This document shows, piece after piece, positions 12,737 to 25,980 of a stretch of DNA of 64,000 nt. Each line of letters opens with the position of its first letter. The stretch's first letter is position 1. A program made the translations under genes and the position numbers. The notes under the pieces are model-generated. The model had not been told where the DNA came from. It worked only from the letters and a program-made list of their open reading frames with translations, and searched no databases. The stretch lies in NCBI GenBank assembly GCA_951406725.2, contig OX597823.1, positions 81,902,001 to 81,966,000 of the forward strand, in the 5' to 3' direction. This DNA is from Octopus vulgaris (lineage: Eukaryota).

Positions 12737-13099
12737 TTACATGCCATTCTCGGTATGATAAAAAGGTTATCGTAACTGTTGCTCTCATCAGTAGCTATCA
12801 TTGTTGTTGATTGCTGGCCGTTACATTATTTTTCATTCATGAAGTGAAGCATGTAGAATATAGTGTCTTGTACGGTAACTGAACTGAAGCCTTTGAAAAT
12901 ATTGAAACTGACAAAGCGGGAGTTGGTAGTAAGGCGATCTAGTCTACGAAATTAACAAAAATACTTCCTCCAATCGCCAATAGCGCATCCGATATCTCCA
13001 AAATATATGAAGTACATTAATACATAAATGAATGAACACAGATTGGAGCTAAGTCTTAAGAGGCTGTAACAAATTAATTTACTTGGGGACACATGCTGC

Positions 13100-13222
13100 A
13101 TGTGGTAAGTAGCTTGCTTACGAACCACATGGTTCCGGGTTCAGTCCCACTGCGTGGCACTTTGGGCAAGTGCCTCGGGCCGACCAAAGCCTTGTGAGTG
13201 GATTTGGTAGACGGAAACTGAA
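13100..13222 (+). mobile_element. SINE family A 5' fragment fused to mariner
   Basis: Head of family A ending at GGAAACTGAA. Same junction at 17230 and 24859. Confidence 0.8.
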
Positions 13223-14315
13223 CCCTTTAAAATGGAAGACAAGAAAGTTCATTTTCGGCACTTGATGCTTTTCTTTTTGCGTAAAGTGAAGAATGCCTCA
13301 GAAGCAACCAAAGAAATATGCGCAGTTTACGGAGATGTTTCTTTATCCGAAAGAACTGTACAGAAGTGGTTCGCAGGGTTCTGAGCTGGAGATTGTAGCC
13401 TTATTGATAAAGAGCGATCAGACAGACCATCTACTACAGATGATGACCAAATCAAGTCATTAAATGAGAATAACCCACAATGCACAACCCGAGAATTGAC
13501 AGAAAGCCTCGACCTAAAAAATCCGACGTTCATGAGCACCTGGTAAAGCTTGGGTACACAAATCGCTACGATGTTTGGGTACCACATGAGTTGAGTGAGA
13601 AGAACCTTTGGGATCGCATTTCCATCTGTGATACGCTTTATAAACGGATTGAAAACGCGCCATTTTTAAAGCAAATTGTGACAGGTGATGAGAAATGGAT
13701 TATCTGCCGAAATGTTCAGAGAAAGCGATCCTGGAGTAAGCGACAGGAGCCACCCTTAGCTACCCCAAAAGCTGGTCTTCACCTTCAAAAAGTCTTACTT
13801 TGTGTCTGGTGGGATTGGAAAGGAATTCTGTACTATGAGCTTCTCTCAAGTAACCAGACAATTAATTCTGAGAAATACTGCACACAACTTGACGAGTTAA
13901 AAGTAGCAATTCAAGAGAAACGTCCAGAATTGGTCAACAGGAAGGGTGTTGCTTTCCAACATGATAATGCAAAACCGCACGTTTCTTTGGGAACCAGACA
14001 AAAATTGCCGCAGCTCGCCTGGGATGTATTATCCCACGCTCCATATTCATCAGATATTGCTCTATCGATTTCCACTTATTCTGGTCTCTGCAGAATTTCA
14101 ATTCCTTGGATGACGTAAAAAGATACCTTGATGAATTCTTTACCATGAAACCACCTCAATTCTGAGAAGAGGGTATTTTCAAGTTAAAGGAAAGATGGAG
14201 ACGCATTGTGCAACAAAATGGTTCATATTTGGTAGATTAAAAATGTAATGGCAAGTAATTATTGACCTTTTTCCTTCCTTTAAAAATCGGCACGAACTTT
14301 CCGGACAACCCAATA
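13223..14315 (+). mobile_element. Defective mariner (Tc1/mariner DD34D) transposon, copy 1
   Basis: ATG at 13232 (MEDKKVHFRHL). Motifs WVPHEL, TGDEKW, HDNAKPH, HAPYSSDIA, with stops and frameshifts. Right TIR ...TTCCGGACAACCCAA+TA; left TIR absent. Confidence 0.92.
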
Positions 14316-14715
14316 TTTCAATTTTGTGAGATGGATGTAAAGTGGTTTAAACTTAAAAAGAAAAAGAAACTATGACAAATTATGTCTTGGGACTCCTACT
14401 GCCTGAGAACTTAATGATACGAACTATCATTTTCTAAATTATTTTTTCTAGTTGAAAAAAAAAAAGCAAAACAAAAAAAGCCTGCAAATAAAGAACAGGC
14501 GGAAATAGATAATACTGATGGTATCTCCAGTCATATTTCAGGGTAATTGTATATTATCAAAGGAGCATAGTGTGAACGTTGCTGAAAATCATAGAATGGC
14601 GATGTGAGTATTAAAGATTAAGATTTGAAGAATAAACATAAAGTGGCGTTAACACCTCCGATGGTGGAAAGAAGCAAAGAAATCCAGACCGAAACTGAAT
14701 GGAAAACAAGAAGCA

Positions 14716-15081
14716 GTGGCACTCCGTCGGTTACGACGACGAGGGTTTCAGTTGATCCGATCAACAGAACGGCCTGCTCGTGATATTAACGTGCAAGTGG
14801 CTGAGCACTCCACAGACACATGTACCCTTAACGTAGTTCTCGGGGAGATCCAGCGTGACGCAGAGTGTGACAAGGCTGGCCTCTTTGAAATACTGGTACA
14901 ACAGAAACAGAAGGAAAAAGTGAGAGAAAGTTGTGGTGAAAGAGTACAGCAGGGTTCGCCACCACCACCTGCTGGAGCCCCGAGGGGATTAAGGTGTTTT
15001 CGCTCAATAAACACTCACAACGCCCGGTCTGGGAATCGAAACCGCGTCCACTGCCCTAACCACTAGGCCTTGCGCCTCCAC
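14716..15081 (-). mobile_element. tRNA-derived SINE, family B
   Basis: Minus-strand head GTGGAGGCGCAAGGCCTAGTGG...GGTTTCGATTCC. Repeated at 18741, 26375 and 42416. Confidence 0.85.
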
Positions 15082-15247
15082 AAGGAAAGCAAGTACACAA
15101 AAGGAAAAGAACTTTCATAGCCAATGATAGACGAAGTTTCAATGTATAGTTGAAGGAATTACCTTTTAATTATACTATGAAGATTTTGTATCTATTACCC
15201 TTTCCCGACAAAATGAGCACTGCAAAGAAAAATAAGAGACAAACACG

Positions 15248-15319
15248 TTCCCATGCCGGGAATCGAACCCGGGCCGCCTGGGTGAAAGCCAGGAATCCTA
15301 GCCACTAGACCACATGGGA
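15248..15319 (-). tRNA. tRNA-Glu(TTC), D-loop variant
   Basis: Consensus with a single T19C change (GGCTAGG); stems intact. Confidence 0.93.
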
Positions 15320-15502
15320 ATGCCTGCTTTTGGTGGTAAGATACAAAAATTATTGAAACTGTTGCTGTCATCAGTTACTATCATTGATGTTTATTGCTGG
15401 CTGTTACATTATTTTCATTTACGGAGTGAAGCACGTAGAATATAACAAAACTCTGTTTATGCCTTTAATAATTACTTTATTGAAGTATAAGTTGTTCGAC
15501 TT

Positions 15503-15574
15503 TCCCATGTGGTCTAGTGGTTAGGATTCCTGGCTTTCACCCAGGCGGCCCGGGTTCGATTCCCGGCATGGGAA
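15503..15574 (+). tRNA. tRNA-Glu(TTC)
   Basis: Identical to consensus. Confidence 0.97.
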
Positions 15575-15793
15575 CGTTTGTTTTCTTTTTTGATGCTGTA
15601 TAAAGATGCCTTTGAGCATATTGAAACTTAACAGAGCAGGAGCCGGTAGTAAGACGATCTAATCTACGAACTTAGAAGAAATAATTTCTCTAATCACCAA
15701 TACCGCGTCCAGTTTCCATTTTTGTTACCTTCATGCTTCATTTAAGTGGAACATGTGGAATAAAGTGTTCTGGATAGGAATCAATCTAAATCC

Positions 15794-16219
15794 TTTACCC
15801 TTTTACTCTTTTACTCTTTTACTTGTTTCAGTCATTTGACTGCGACCATGCTGGAGCACCGCCTTTAGTCGAGCAAATCGACCCCAGGACTTATTCTTTG
15901 TAAGCCTAGCACTTATTCTATCGGTATCTTTTTTGTCGAACCGCGAAGTTACGGGGACGTAAACACACCAGCATCGGTAGTCAAGCGACGTTGGGGGCAC
16001 AAACACAGGCACACAAACATATTCACACACATACATATATATACATGTATACGACGGGCTTCTTTCAGTTTCCGTCTACGAAATCCACTCACAAGGCTTT
16101 GGTCGGCCCGAGGTTATAGTAGAAGGCACTTGCTATAGTAGAAGACACTTCAGTGAGACTGAACCCGGAACCATGTTGTTCGTAAGCAAGCTACTTACCA
16201 CACAGTCACTCCTACGCCT
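15794..16219 (-). mobile_element. SINE family A
   Basis: Reverse complement of family A. Confidence 0.85.
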
Positions 16220-16659
16220 TTGAACAGTTACAATTGACCCCTGACGGCAATACCCTTTAAATATAATAAGACGAACACTTTTGCAAGGACATGAGTCTCA
16301 CAATATCTCTTATTGGCGATCTTTCGTTTTGACTCGAATTCTGTTAACAAACTACTCGGTAATTTCCGTGAGCACGTGTTGTCTTGTCAACTGTCAGTTG
16401 ACGTATCGAAGTGGAAAGAGAAAGCTAATGGGTTGTACGTGCGTGCTTGTTCCTTTGGGTGTGTGCGTGCTTGTTCCTGTGTGTATGTGTGTGCTTGTTC
16501 TGAATTTATGTGTTGTGGAATGTAGATATAACGAATTTACACCAAAACACACACACAAGAACAAGCACGCACACACACACAGACACACACAGAGGAACAA
16601 GCGGGCACACAAACAATAAGTATCTTTATACAGCAAAAACAAAAAAACTAAAACAAACG

Positions 16660-16731
16660 TTCCCATGCAGGGAATCGAACCCGGGCCGCCTGGGTGAAAG
16701 CCAGGAAACCTAACCACTAGACCACATGGGA
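16660..16731 (-). tRNA. tRNA-Glu(TTC) variant, probably impaired
   Basis: A24T breaks a D-stem pair and G63T breaks a T-stem pair. Confidence 0.7.
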
Positions 16732-17230
16732 TTACATGCTATATTCCGTATGATAAAAACGTTATCGTAACTGTTGCTCTCATCAGTAGCTATCATTGTT
16801 GTTGATTGCTGGCCGTTACATTATTTTTCATTCATGAAGTGAAGCATGTAGAATATAGTGTCTTGTACGGTAACTGAACTGAAGCCTTTGAAAATATTGA
16901 AACTGACAAAGCAGGAGTTGGTAGTAAGGCGATCTAATCTACGAAATTAACAAAAATACTTCCTCCAATCGCCAATAGCGCATCCAATATCTCCAAAATA
17001 TATAAAGTACATTAATATATAAATGAATGAACACAGATTGGAGCTAAGTCTTAAGAGGCTGTAACAAATTAATTTACTTGGGGACACATGCTGCATGTGG
17101 TAAGTAGCTTGCCTACGAACCACATGGTTCTGGGTTCAGTCCCACTGCGTGGCACCTTGGGCAAGTGTCTTCTACTATAGCCTCGGGCTGACCAAAACCT
17201 TGTGAGTGGATTTGGTAGACGGAAACTGAA

Positions 17231-18341
17231 CCCTTTAAAATGGAAGACAAGAAAGTTCATTTTCGGCACTTGATGCTTTTCTTTTTCCGTAAAGGGAAGA
17301 ATGCCTCAGAAGCAACCAAAGAAATATGCGCAGTTTACGGAGATGTTTCTTTATCCGAAAGAACTGTACAGAAGTGGTTCGCAAGGTTCTGAGCTGGAGA
17401 TTGTAGCCTTATTGATAAAGAGCGATCAGGCAGACCATCCACTACAGATGATGACCAAATCAAGTCATTAATTGAGAATAACCCACATTGCACAACCCGA
17501 GAATTGACAGAAAGCCTCGACCTAAAAAATCCGACGTTCACGAGCACCTGGTAAAGCTTGGGTACACAAATCGCTACGATGTTTGGGTACCACACGAGTT
17601 GAGTGAGAAGAACCTTTTGGATCGCATTTCCATCTGAGATTCGCTTTATAAACGGAATGAAAACGCGCCATTTTTAAAGCAAATTGTGACAGGTGATGAG
17701 AAATGGATTATCTGCCGAAATGTTCAGAGAAAGCGATCCTGGAGTAAGTAACATGAGCCACCCTTAGCTACCCCAAAAGCTGGTCTTCACCTTCAAAAAG
17801 TCTTGATTTGTGTCTGGTGGGATTGAAAAGGAATTCAGTACTATGAGCTTCTCTCAAGTAACCAGACAATTAATTCTGAGAAATACTGCACACAACTTGA
17901 CGAGTTAAAAGTAGCAATTCAAGAGAAACATCCAGAATTGGTCAACAGGAAGGGTGTTGCTTTCCAACATGATAATGCAAAACCGCACGTTTCTTTGGGA
18001 ACCAGACAAAAATTGCTGCAGCTCGGGTGTGATGTATTACCCCACGCTCCATATTCATCAGATATTGCTCCCACGATTTCCACTTATTCAGGTCTCTGTA
18101 GAATAGTCTTAATTGTAAAAATTTCAATTCCTTGGATGACGTAAAAAGATACCTTGATGAATTCTTTACCATCAAACCACCTCAATTCTGAGAAGAGGGT
18201 ATTTTCAAGTTAGAGGAAAGATGGAGACGCATTGTGCAACAAAATGGTTCATATTTGGTAGATTAAAAATGTAATGGCAAGTAATTATTGACCTTTTTCT
18301 TTCCTTTAAAAATCGGCACGAACTTTCCGGACAACCCAATA
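17231..18341 (+). mobile_element. Defective mariner, copy 2
   Basis: Near-identical to 13223-14315 with extra stops; same SINE junction and right TIR. Confidence 0.92.
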
Positions 18342-18740
18342 TTTCAACTTTGTGAGATGGATGTAAAGTAGTTTAAACTTAAAAAGAACAAGAAACTATG
18401 ACAAATTATGTCTTGGGACTCCTACTGCATGAGAACTTAATGATCCGAAATATCATTTTCTAAATTATTTTTTCTAGTTGAAAAAAAAAAGCTAAACAAA
18501 AAAAGCCTGCAAATAAAGAACAGGCGGAAATAGATAATACTGATGGTATCTCCAGTCATATTTCAGGGTAATTGTATATTATCAAAGGAGCATAGTGTGA
18601 ACGTTGCTGCAAATCATAGAATGGAGATCTGAGTATTAAAGATTAAGATTTGGAGAATAAACATAAAGTGGCGTTAACATCTTCGATGGTGGAAAGAAGC
18701 AAAGAAATCCAGACCGAAACTGAATGGAAAACAAGAAGCA

Positions 18741-19122
18741 GTGGCACTCCGTCGGTTACGACGACGAGGGTTTCAGTTGATCCGATCAACGGAACGGCCT
18801 GCTCGTGAAATTAACGTGCAAGTGGCTGAGCACTCCACAGACACGTGTACCCTTAACGTAGTTCTCGGGGAGATCCAGCGTGACGCAGAGTGTGACAAGG
18901 CTGGCCTCTTTGAAATACTGGTACAACAGAAACAGGAAGAAAAAGTGAGAGAAAGTTGTGGTGAAAGAGTACAGCAGGGTTCGCCACCACCACCTGCTGG
19001 AGCCTCGAGGAGCTTAAGGTGTTTTCACTCAATAAACACTCACAACGCCCGGTCTGGGAATCGAAACCGCGATCCTACGACCGCGAGTCCACTGCCCTAA
19101 CCACTAGGCCTTGCGCCTCCAC
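18741..19122 (-). mobile_element. SINE family B
   Basis: Paralog of 14716-15081 with a complete head. Confidence 0.85.
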
Positions 19123-19289
19123 AAGGAAAACAAGTACACAAAAGGAAAAGAACATTCATAGCCAATGATAGACGAAGTTTCAATGTATAGTCGAAGGAAT
19201 TACCTTTTAATTATACTATGAAGATTTTGAATCTATTACCCTTTCCCGACGAAATGAGCAATGCAAAGAAAAATAAAAAAACTAACACG

Positions 19290-19361
19290 TTCCCATGCCG
19301 GGAATCGAACCCGGGCCGCCTGGGTGAAAGCCAGGAATCCTAACCACTAGACCACATGGGA
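19290..19361 (-). tRNA. tRNA-Glu(TTC)
   Basis: Identical to consensus. Confidence 0.97.
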
Positions 19362-19561
19362 ATGCCTGCTACTATTAGTAAGTTACAAAGATTATTGAAA
19401 CTGTTGCTGTCATCAGTTACTATCATTGATGTTTATTGCTGGCTGTTACATTATTTTCATTTACGGAGTGAAACACGTATAATATAACAAAACTCTGCTT
19501 ATGCCTTTGATATGTTTATGCCTTTAATAATTACTTTATTGAAGTATAAGTTGTTCGACCT

Positions 19562-19633
19562 TCCCATGTGGTCTAGTGGTTAGGATTCCTGGCTTTCACC
19601 CAGGCGGCCCGGGTTCGATTCCCGGCATGGGAA
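19562..19633 (+). tRNA. tRNA-Glu(TTC)
   Basis: Identical to consensus. Confidence 0.97.
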
Positions 19634-20286
19634 CGTTTGTTTTTTCTTTTTCTTTTTTGTTGCTGTATACAGATGCCTTTGAGCATATTGAAACAGAGCA
19701 GGAGCCGGTAGTAAGGCGATCTAATCTACAAACTTAGAAGAAATAACTTCTCTAATCACCAATACCGCGTCCAGTACTTCCAGAATGTATGGAGTACATA
19801 AATATATGAATGAATGAACAAAATGGAGTTAAATCTTAAGAGACTGTAACAAATCAATTACTCAGGGACGCCTGCTGCACGAAAATTTAATGAAGAAAGC
19901 AGTGAGTTTCTAAATTTCTAATTCTAGCTTAGAGACAACAAACAAAAACAAAAAAAGACAGAAAAGAGAAAAAAAAAGCAGGGGAAGATAATACTGGATT
20001 TTTTATTAATAAATTATGAACTATTGTATAAGGATAGTCCGACCTTTAACAATACTATAACTACAGTCATGCGTCAGTCTAATTGATCGTCATCAACGGA
20101 GCATAATAGCGATCATTGCCGTCGATTGCTGGCTGTTTCCATTTTTGTTACCTTCATGTTTCATTTAAGTGGAATATGTGGAATAAAGTGTTCTGGACAG
20201 TATAAAATAGGATCACATGCGGTGGTATCGTATCGGGAATACGGTCGCACGCGGTCATATTCTTAATGAGATATTACAGACCATAT

Positions 20287-21267
20287 AGTTAGTTAGTTAG
20301 TTAGTTAGATTGTTAATTTGGCTCAAAAGCAAATAGCAAGGCCATGTAGGGGGACATGGAGTTAAGTACAGGGTGGTGTTCATGTAAAGAATTCAGGCCA
20401 CTTGAGGTCAAGGGAGGCTTTGAACAAAGCGGTCGTCGGCATCTTCACCTTCTCGTCTTGCAGCTTGTTCCACGGATCCGCAACCCGGACGGAGAAAGCT
20501 CCTCTCCTTCGATTGAGAAGAAATCGTCGCAGGTAGAGCTTTTCGGAATGACCCCGCAGCCGACGCTCTGGAGCAGGAGTGAAGAACAGCTCTTTCGAGA
20601 GGTTACACTTTCCGCTTATGATGTTGTGGGCGAGAATGAGATCACCACGGCGGCGGCGTTTTTCAAGAGAATAAAGGTCGAGCGTCCTCAGCCTTTCTTC
20701 GTAGGACAAATTTTTGAGAGCATGAACCATGCGGGTAGCCAGCTTCTGGACTCTTTCGAGATGCTGTATGTCTTTGAGGAGATAAGGAGAAGAGGCTTGA
20801 ATCCCATACTCCAATATGGGTCTCACCAGCGTGACATAGAGTGGTAGGAATATGGCTGCTGTGAGCATTCCGAATGACCGTCGAATCAAGAACAGAATTC
20901 CGCGTGCTTTGTTGGCAGCATGGACGCACTGGGCCGAAGGCGAAAAGGAGGAATCCACCAAGATACCTAGGTCCTTTACCTGATCGGTCCTCTCCAGCAG
21001 CAGACGACCCGGCTCGAAATCAAGTTGAGTTGCAGGAGTAGAGCCGACAGGCAGATGACAGCACTTTGACACGTTCAGACACAGGTCCCAATTGTTAGAC
21101 CACTTCCAAATTTGGTGGAGGCATCGACGAAGATCCTCTATATTACCGCGAGGAGCGACCAGTTTGATATCGTCGGCAAATAGAAGGGTGTGTTGCGTGA
21201 GGTCGTCGGGCAAGTCATTTATGAAGACTAAGAACAACAGGGGCCCAAGCACTGAAACTTGAGGCAA
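20287..21267 (-). mobile_element. 5'-truncated CR1/L2-group LINE, second family (RT C-terminal part)
   Basis: ORF 20380-21267 with PQVSVLGPLLF, FADD, VKDLG and RGH...AFSVRVADPWNKL. (TAAC)n tail at 20287-20308. Confidence 0.9.
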
Positions 21268-22256
21268 TAGAACACAAGTGGAATGACAACAAGATTTCTT
21301 TTTGAGATATATACATTATTTATTTTACATATTTTACAATCATGTTGGTTGGAAGTTTGTAAGTGTTAGCATGTTTTGTGTCTGTGTGTTCGTGAGTCAT
21401 AAAAGGTACTGACCAGAGAAATAACAATGGAATTTGGTTCACAGTTCATGTTGTTGGTATCAGCCTAGCAACTGGTAGTAGCAGATGGCTTAAGGTAGTT
21501 CTTAGAAGAACTAGAACTCGAGACAGATAATTGATTTACCGTTTATGAGGTACACGGAGTGTAAAAGTTCCATATCAAGATGTTGCGTCACGTAGTTGAG
21601 ATTAATTGAATCACTTGTTGTGTTTATCTTTCTCTTGATAAGAATATACTTCCAGATGTGTTAACTGTAGCCGTTTTTCCCGTGGTGAGATTTTCACCTA
21701 ACCGCTATAGTTGAATCTGTAGTTGTCTTGTGTACAAATTAAACCTCAGTAGATAGAGACGATGTTTGGCGATGAGTTGTGTCTGTCGCTTGGTTTTTGC
21801 TGCGTCTTCATCATATATTCTGCTTGGTTATTTTTCTCTTGATATAATGGTGGCCGCCTGCCTTTCGAACTGGAACATGGTCGAGTATGCTCTGTGTGGT
21901 CAGAGGTTCGCCCTGAGAAGGACTTGAACCAAAGACGAACTCTGTGGTCAGAGGTTTAGCTCTGAAAAGAACTAAAAACCCAAGACGAGAAATGTCTGAG
22001 GACATTTCCTTATATAAGGTTTATGTGGCTCAAAATGAACTTCAGAAATGGAAAGCTGTGATTGGCTGCTTGGAACAATGGCGCGAAAATAAGCGGAGGC
22101 AAATGGCGTCACGTGACACCCAGCGGTGCGAACGTAGTAGAGACCACGTGTCAGCCAATCGAATTAGTGTTTACAACATTGTTAAACTAGCCGAAGTTGT
22201 TTGTAATCTCGAACGAGATTATTCTTAATACTCTTCTCAAACAGTGAAGATAGCAG

Positions 22257-22362
22257 GAGCTTAAGGTGTTTTCGCTCAATAAACACTCACAACGCCCGGT
22301 CTGGGAATCGAAACCGCGATTCTAGAGTCCGCTGCCCTAACCACTAGGCCTTACGCCTCCAC
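22257..22362 (-). mobile_element. SINE family B head fragment
   Basis: Matches 19009-19122; left part lost at the rearrangement junction. Confidence 0.75.
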
Positions 22363-22544
22363 TAGGAAAACAAGTACACGAAAGGAAAAGAACTTTCATA
22401 GCCAATGATAGACGAAGTTTCAATGTATAGTTGAAGGAATTACATTTTAATTATACTATGAAGATTTTGTATCTATTACCCTTTCCCGACAAAAATAAAT
22501 GAGCACAGCATAGAAAAATAAAATGAAAAACTAAAATTAACACG

Positions 22545-22616
22545 TTCCCATGCCGGGAATCGAACCCGGGCCGCCTGGGTGAAAGCCAGGAATCCTAACC
22601 ACTAGACCACATGGGA
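22545..22616 (-). tRNA. tRNA-Glu(TTC)
   Basis: Identical to consensus. Confidence 0.97.
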
Positions 22617-22804
22617 ATGCCTGCTATTGTTAGTAAGATACAAAGATTATTGAAACTGATGCTGTCATCAGTTACTATCATTGATGTTTATTGCTGGCTG
22701 TTACATTATTTTCATTTACGGAGTGAAACACGTAGAATATAACAAAACTTTGATATGTTTATGCCTTTAATAATTACTTTATTGAAGTATAAATTGTTCG
22801 ACCT

Positions 22805-22876
22805 TCCCATGTGGTCTAGTGGTTAGGATTCCTGGCTTTCACCCAGGCGGCCCGGGTTCGATTCCCGGCATGGGAA
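22805..22876 (+). tRNA. tRNA-Glu(TTC)
   Basis: Identical to consensus. Confidence 0.97.
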
Positions 22877-23432
22877 CATTTGTTTTCTTTTTCTTTTTTG
22901 TTGCTGTATAAAGATGCCATTGAGCATATTGAAACTTACTTAGAAGAAATAATTTCTCTAATCACCAATACCGCGTCCAGTACTTCCAGAATGTATGGAG
23001 TACATAAAATATATGAATGAATGAACAAAATAGAGTTAATTAAATCTTAAGAGACTGTAACAAATCAATTACTCAGGCACGCCTGCTGCACGAAAATTTA
23101 GTGAAGAAAGCAATGAGTTTCTAAATTACTAATTCTAGCTTAGAGACAACAAACAAAAACAAAAAAAGACAGAAAAAAGAAAAAAAGAAAAAAAGCAGGG
23201 GGAGATAATACTGGATTTTTTATTAATAAATTATGAACTATTGTATAGGGATAGTCCGACCTTTAACAATACTATAACTACAGTCATGCTTCAGTCTAAT
23301 TGATCGTCATCAACGGAGCATAATAGCGATCATTGCCGTCGATTGCTGGCTGTTTCCATTTTTGTTACCTTCATGCTTCATTGAAGTGGAATATGTGGAA
23401 TAAAGTGTTCTGGACAGGAATCAATCTAAATC

Positions 23433-23840
23433 CTTCACTCTTTTACTTGTTTCAGTCATTTGACTGTGGCCATGCTGGAGCACCGCCTTTACTCGAGCAA
23501 ATCGACCCCAGGACTTATTCTTTGTAAGCCTAGTACGTATTCTATCGATATCTTTTGTCGAACCGCGAAGATACGGGGACGTAAACACACCAACATCGGT
23601 AGTTAAGCGATGTTGGGTGCACAAACACAGGCACACAAACATATTCACACACATACATACATATATATACATATATACGACGGGCTTCTTTCAGTTTCCG
23701 TCTATCAATCCACTCACAAGGCTTTGGTCGGCCCGAGGCTATAGTAGAAGACACTTGCCCAAGGTGACACGCAGTGAGACTGAACCCGGAACCATGTGGT
23801 TCGTAAGCAAGCTACTTACCACACAGTCACTCCTACGCCT
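23433..23840 (-). mobile_element. SINE family A
   Basis: Paralog of 15794-16219. Confidence 0.85.
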
Positions 23841-24288
23841 TTGAACAGTTACAATTGACCCCTAACGGCAATACCCTTTAAATATTATAAGACGAAGACT
23901 TTTGCAAGAACATGAGTATCACAATATCTCTTATTGGCGATCTTTCGTTTTGACTCGAATTCTGTTAACAAACTACTCGGTAATTTCCGTGAGCACGTGT
24001 TATCTTGTCAACTGTCAGTTGACATATCGATGTGGAAAGAGAAAGCTAATGGGTTGTACGTGCGTGCTTGTTCCTTTGTGTGTGTGTGTGTGCGCGTGCT
24101 TGTTCCTGTGTGTACGTGTGTGCTTGTTCTGAATTTATGTGTTGTGGAATGTAGATATAACGAATTTACACCAAAACACACACGCAAGTAGAAGCACGCA
24201 CACACACACAGACACACACAGAGGAACAAGCACGCACACAAACAATAAGTATCTTTATACAGCAAAAACAAAAAAACTAAAACAAACG

Positions 24289-24360
24289 TTCCCATGCCGG
24301 GAATCGAACCCGGGCCGCCTGGGTGAAAGCCAGGAATCCTAACCACTAGACCACATGGGA
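24289..24360 (-). tRNA. tRNA-Glu(TTC)
   Basis: Identical to consensus. Confidence 0.97.
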
Positions 24361-24859
24361 TTACATGCCGCTCTCGGTATGATAAAACGGTTATTGTAAC
24401 TTTTGCTCTCATCAGTAGCTATCATTGTTGTTGATTGCTGGCCGTTACATTATTTTTCATTCATGAAGTGAAGCATGTAGAATATAGTGTCTTGTACGGT
24501 AACTGAACTGAAGCCTTTGAAAATATTGAAACTGACAAAGCAGGAGTTGGTAGTAAGGCGTTCTAATCTACGAAATTAACAAAAATACTTCCTCCAATCG
24601 CCAATGGCGCATCAAATATCTCCAAAATATATGAAGTACATTAATAAATAAATGAATGAACACAGATTGGAGCTAAGTCTTAAGAGGCTGTAACAAATTA
24701 ATTTACTTGGGGACACATGCTGCATGTGGTAAGTAGCTTGCTTACGAACCACATGGTTCCGGGTTCCGTCCCACTGCGTGGCACCTTGGGCAAGTGTCTT
24801 CTACTATAGCCTCGGGCCGACCAAAGCCTTGTGAGTGGATTTGGTAGACGGAAACTGAA

Positions 24860-25980
24860 CCCTTTAAAATGGAAGACAAGAAAGTTCATTTTCGGCACTT
24901 GATGCTTTTCTTTTTGCGTAAAGGAAAGAATGCCTCAGAAGCAACCAAAGAGATATGCGCAGTTTACGGTGATGTTTCTTTATCCGAAAGAACTGTACAG
25001 AAGTGGTTCGCAAGGTTCTGAGCTGGAGATTGTAGCCTTATCGATAAAGAGCGATCAGGCAGACCATCTACTACAGATGATGACTAAATGAAGTCATTAA
25101 TTGAGAATAACCCACATTGCCCAACCCGAGAATTGACAGAAAGCCTCAACCTAAAAAATCCAACGTTCATGAGCTTGGGTACACAAATCGCTACGATGTT
25201 TGGGTACCACATGAGTTGAGTGAGAAGAACCTTTGGGATCGCATTTCCATCTGTGATTCGCTTTATAAACGGAATGAAAACGCGCCATTTTTAAAGCAAA
25301 TTGTAACAGGTAATGGGAAATGGATTATCTGCCGAAATGTTCAGAGAAAGCGATCCTGGAGTAAGCGACATGAGCCGCCCTTAGCTACCCCAAAAGCTGG
25401 TCTTCACCTTCAAAAAGTCTTGCTTTGTGTCTGGTGGGATTTGAAAGGAATTCTGTACTACGAGCTTCCCTCAAGTAACCAGACAATTAATTTTGAGAAA
25501 TACTGCACACAACTTGACGAGTTAAAAGTAGCAATTCAAGAGAAACGTCCAGAATTGGTCAACAGGAAGGGTGTTGCTTTCCAACATGATAATGCAAAAC
25601 CGCACGTTTCTTTGGAAACCAGACAAAAATTGCTGCAGCTCGTCTGGGATGTATTACCCCACGCTCCATATTCATCAGATATTGCTCCTTCGATTTCCAC
25701 TTATTCAGGTCTCTGCAGAATAGTCTTAATTGTAAAAATTTCAATTCCTTGGATGACGTAAAAAGATACCTTGATTAATTCTTTACCATGAAACCACCTC
25801 AATTCTGAGAAGAGGGTATTTTCAAGCTAAAGGAAAGATGGAGACGCATTGTGCAACAAAATGGTTCATATTTGGTAGATTAAAAATGTAATGGCAAGTA
25901 ATTATTGACCTTTTTCTTTCCTTTAAAAAGCACGAACTTTCTTTCCTTTAAAAAGCACGAACTTTCCGGACAACCCAATA
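24860..25980 (+). mobile_element. Defective mariner, copy 3
   Basis: Paralog of copies 1 and 2. TGDEKW has become TGNGKW; small duplication next to the right TIR. Confidence 0.92.

Noticed and set aside
13480-14118. Active or domesticated (SETMAR-like) mariner transposase
   Set aside because: Upstream stop, frameshifts, loss of the third catalytic Asp region and no left TIR. No fused host domain is visible.
14716-15066. Repeated 114-119 aa ORF MALRRLRRRGFQLIR...
   Set aside because: Antisense reading of SINE family B, starting at GTG.
20224-20235. TGGTATCG as an initiator-Met primer-binding site
   Set aside because: It matches only 7 nt and is not preceded by an LTR ending in CA.
24008-24412. 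Recurrent ORFs with VRIPGFHPGGPGSIPGMG or FPCRESNPGRLGESQES (also 16394, 28949, 47022, 58862)
   Set aside because: These are translations of the tRNA-Glu gene, not proteins.
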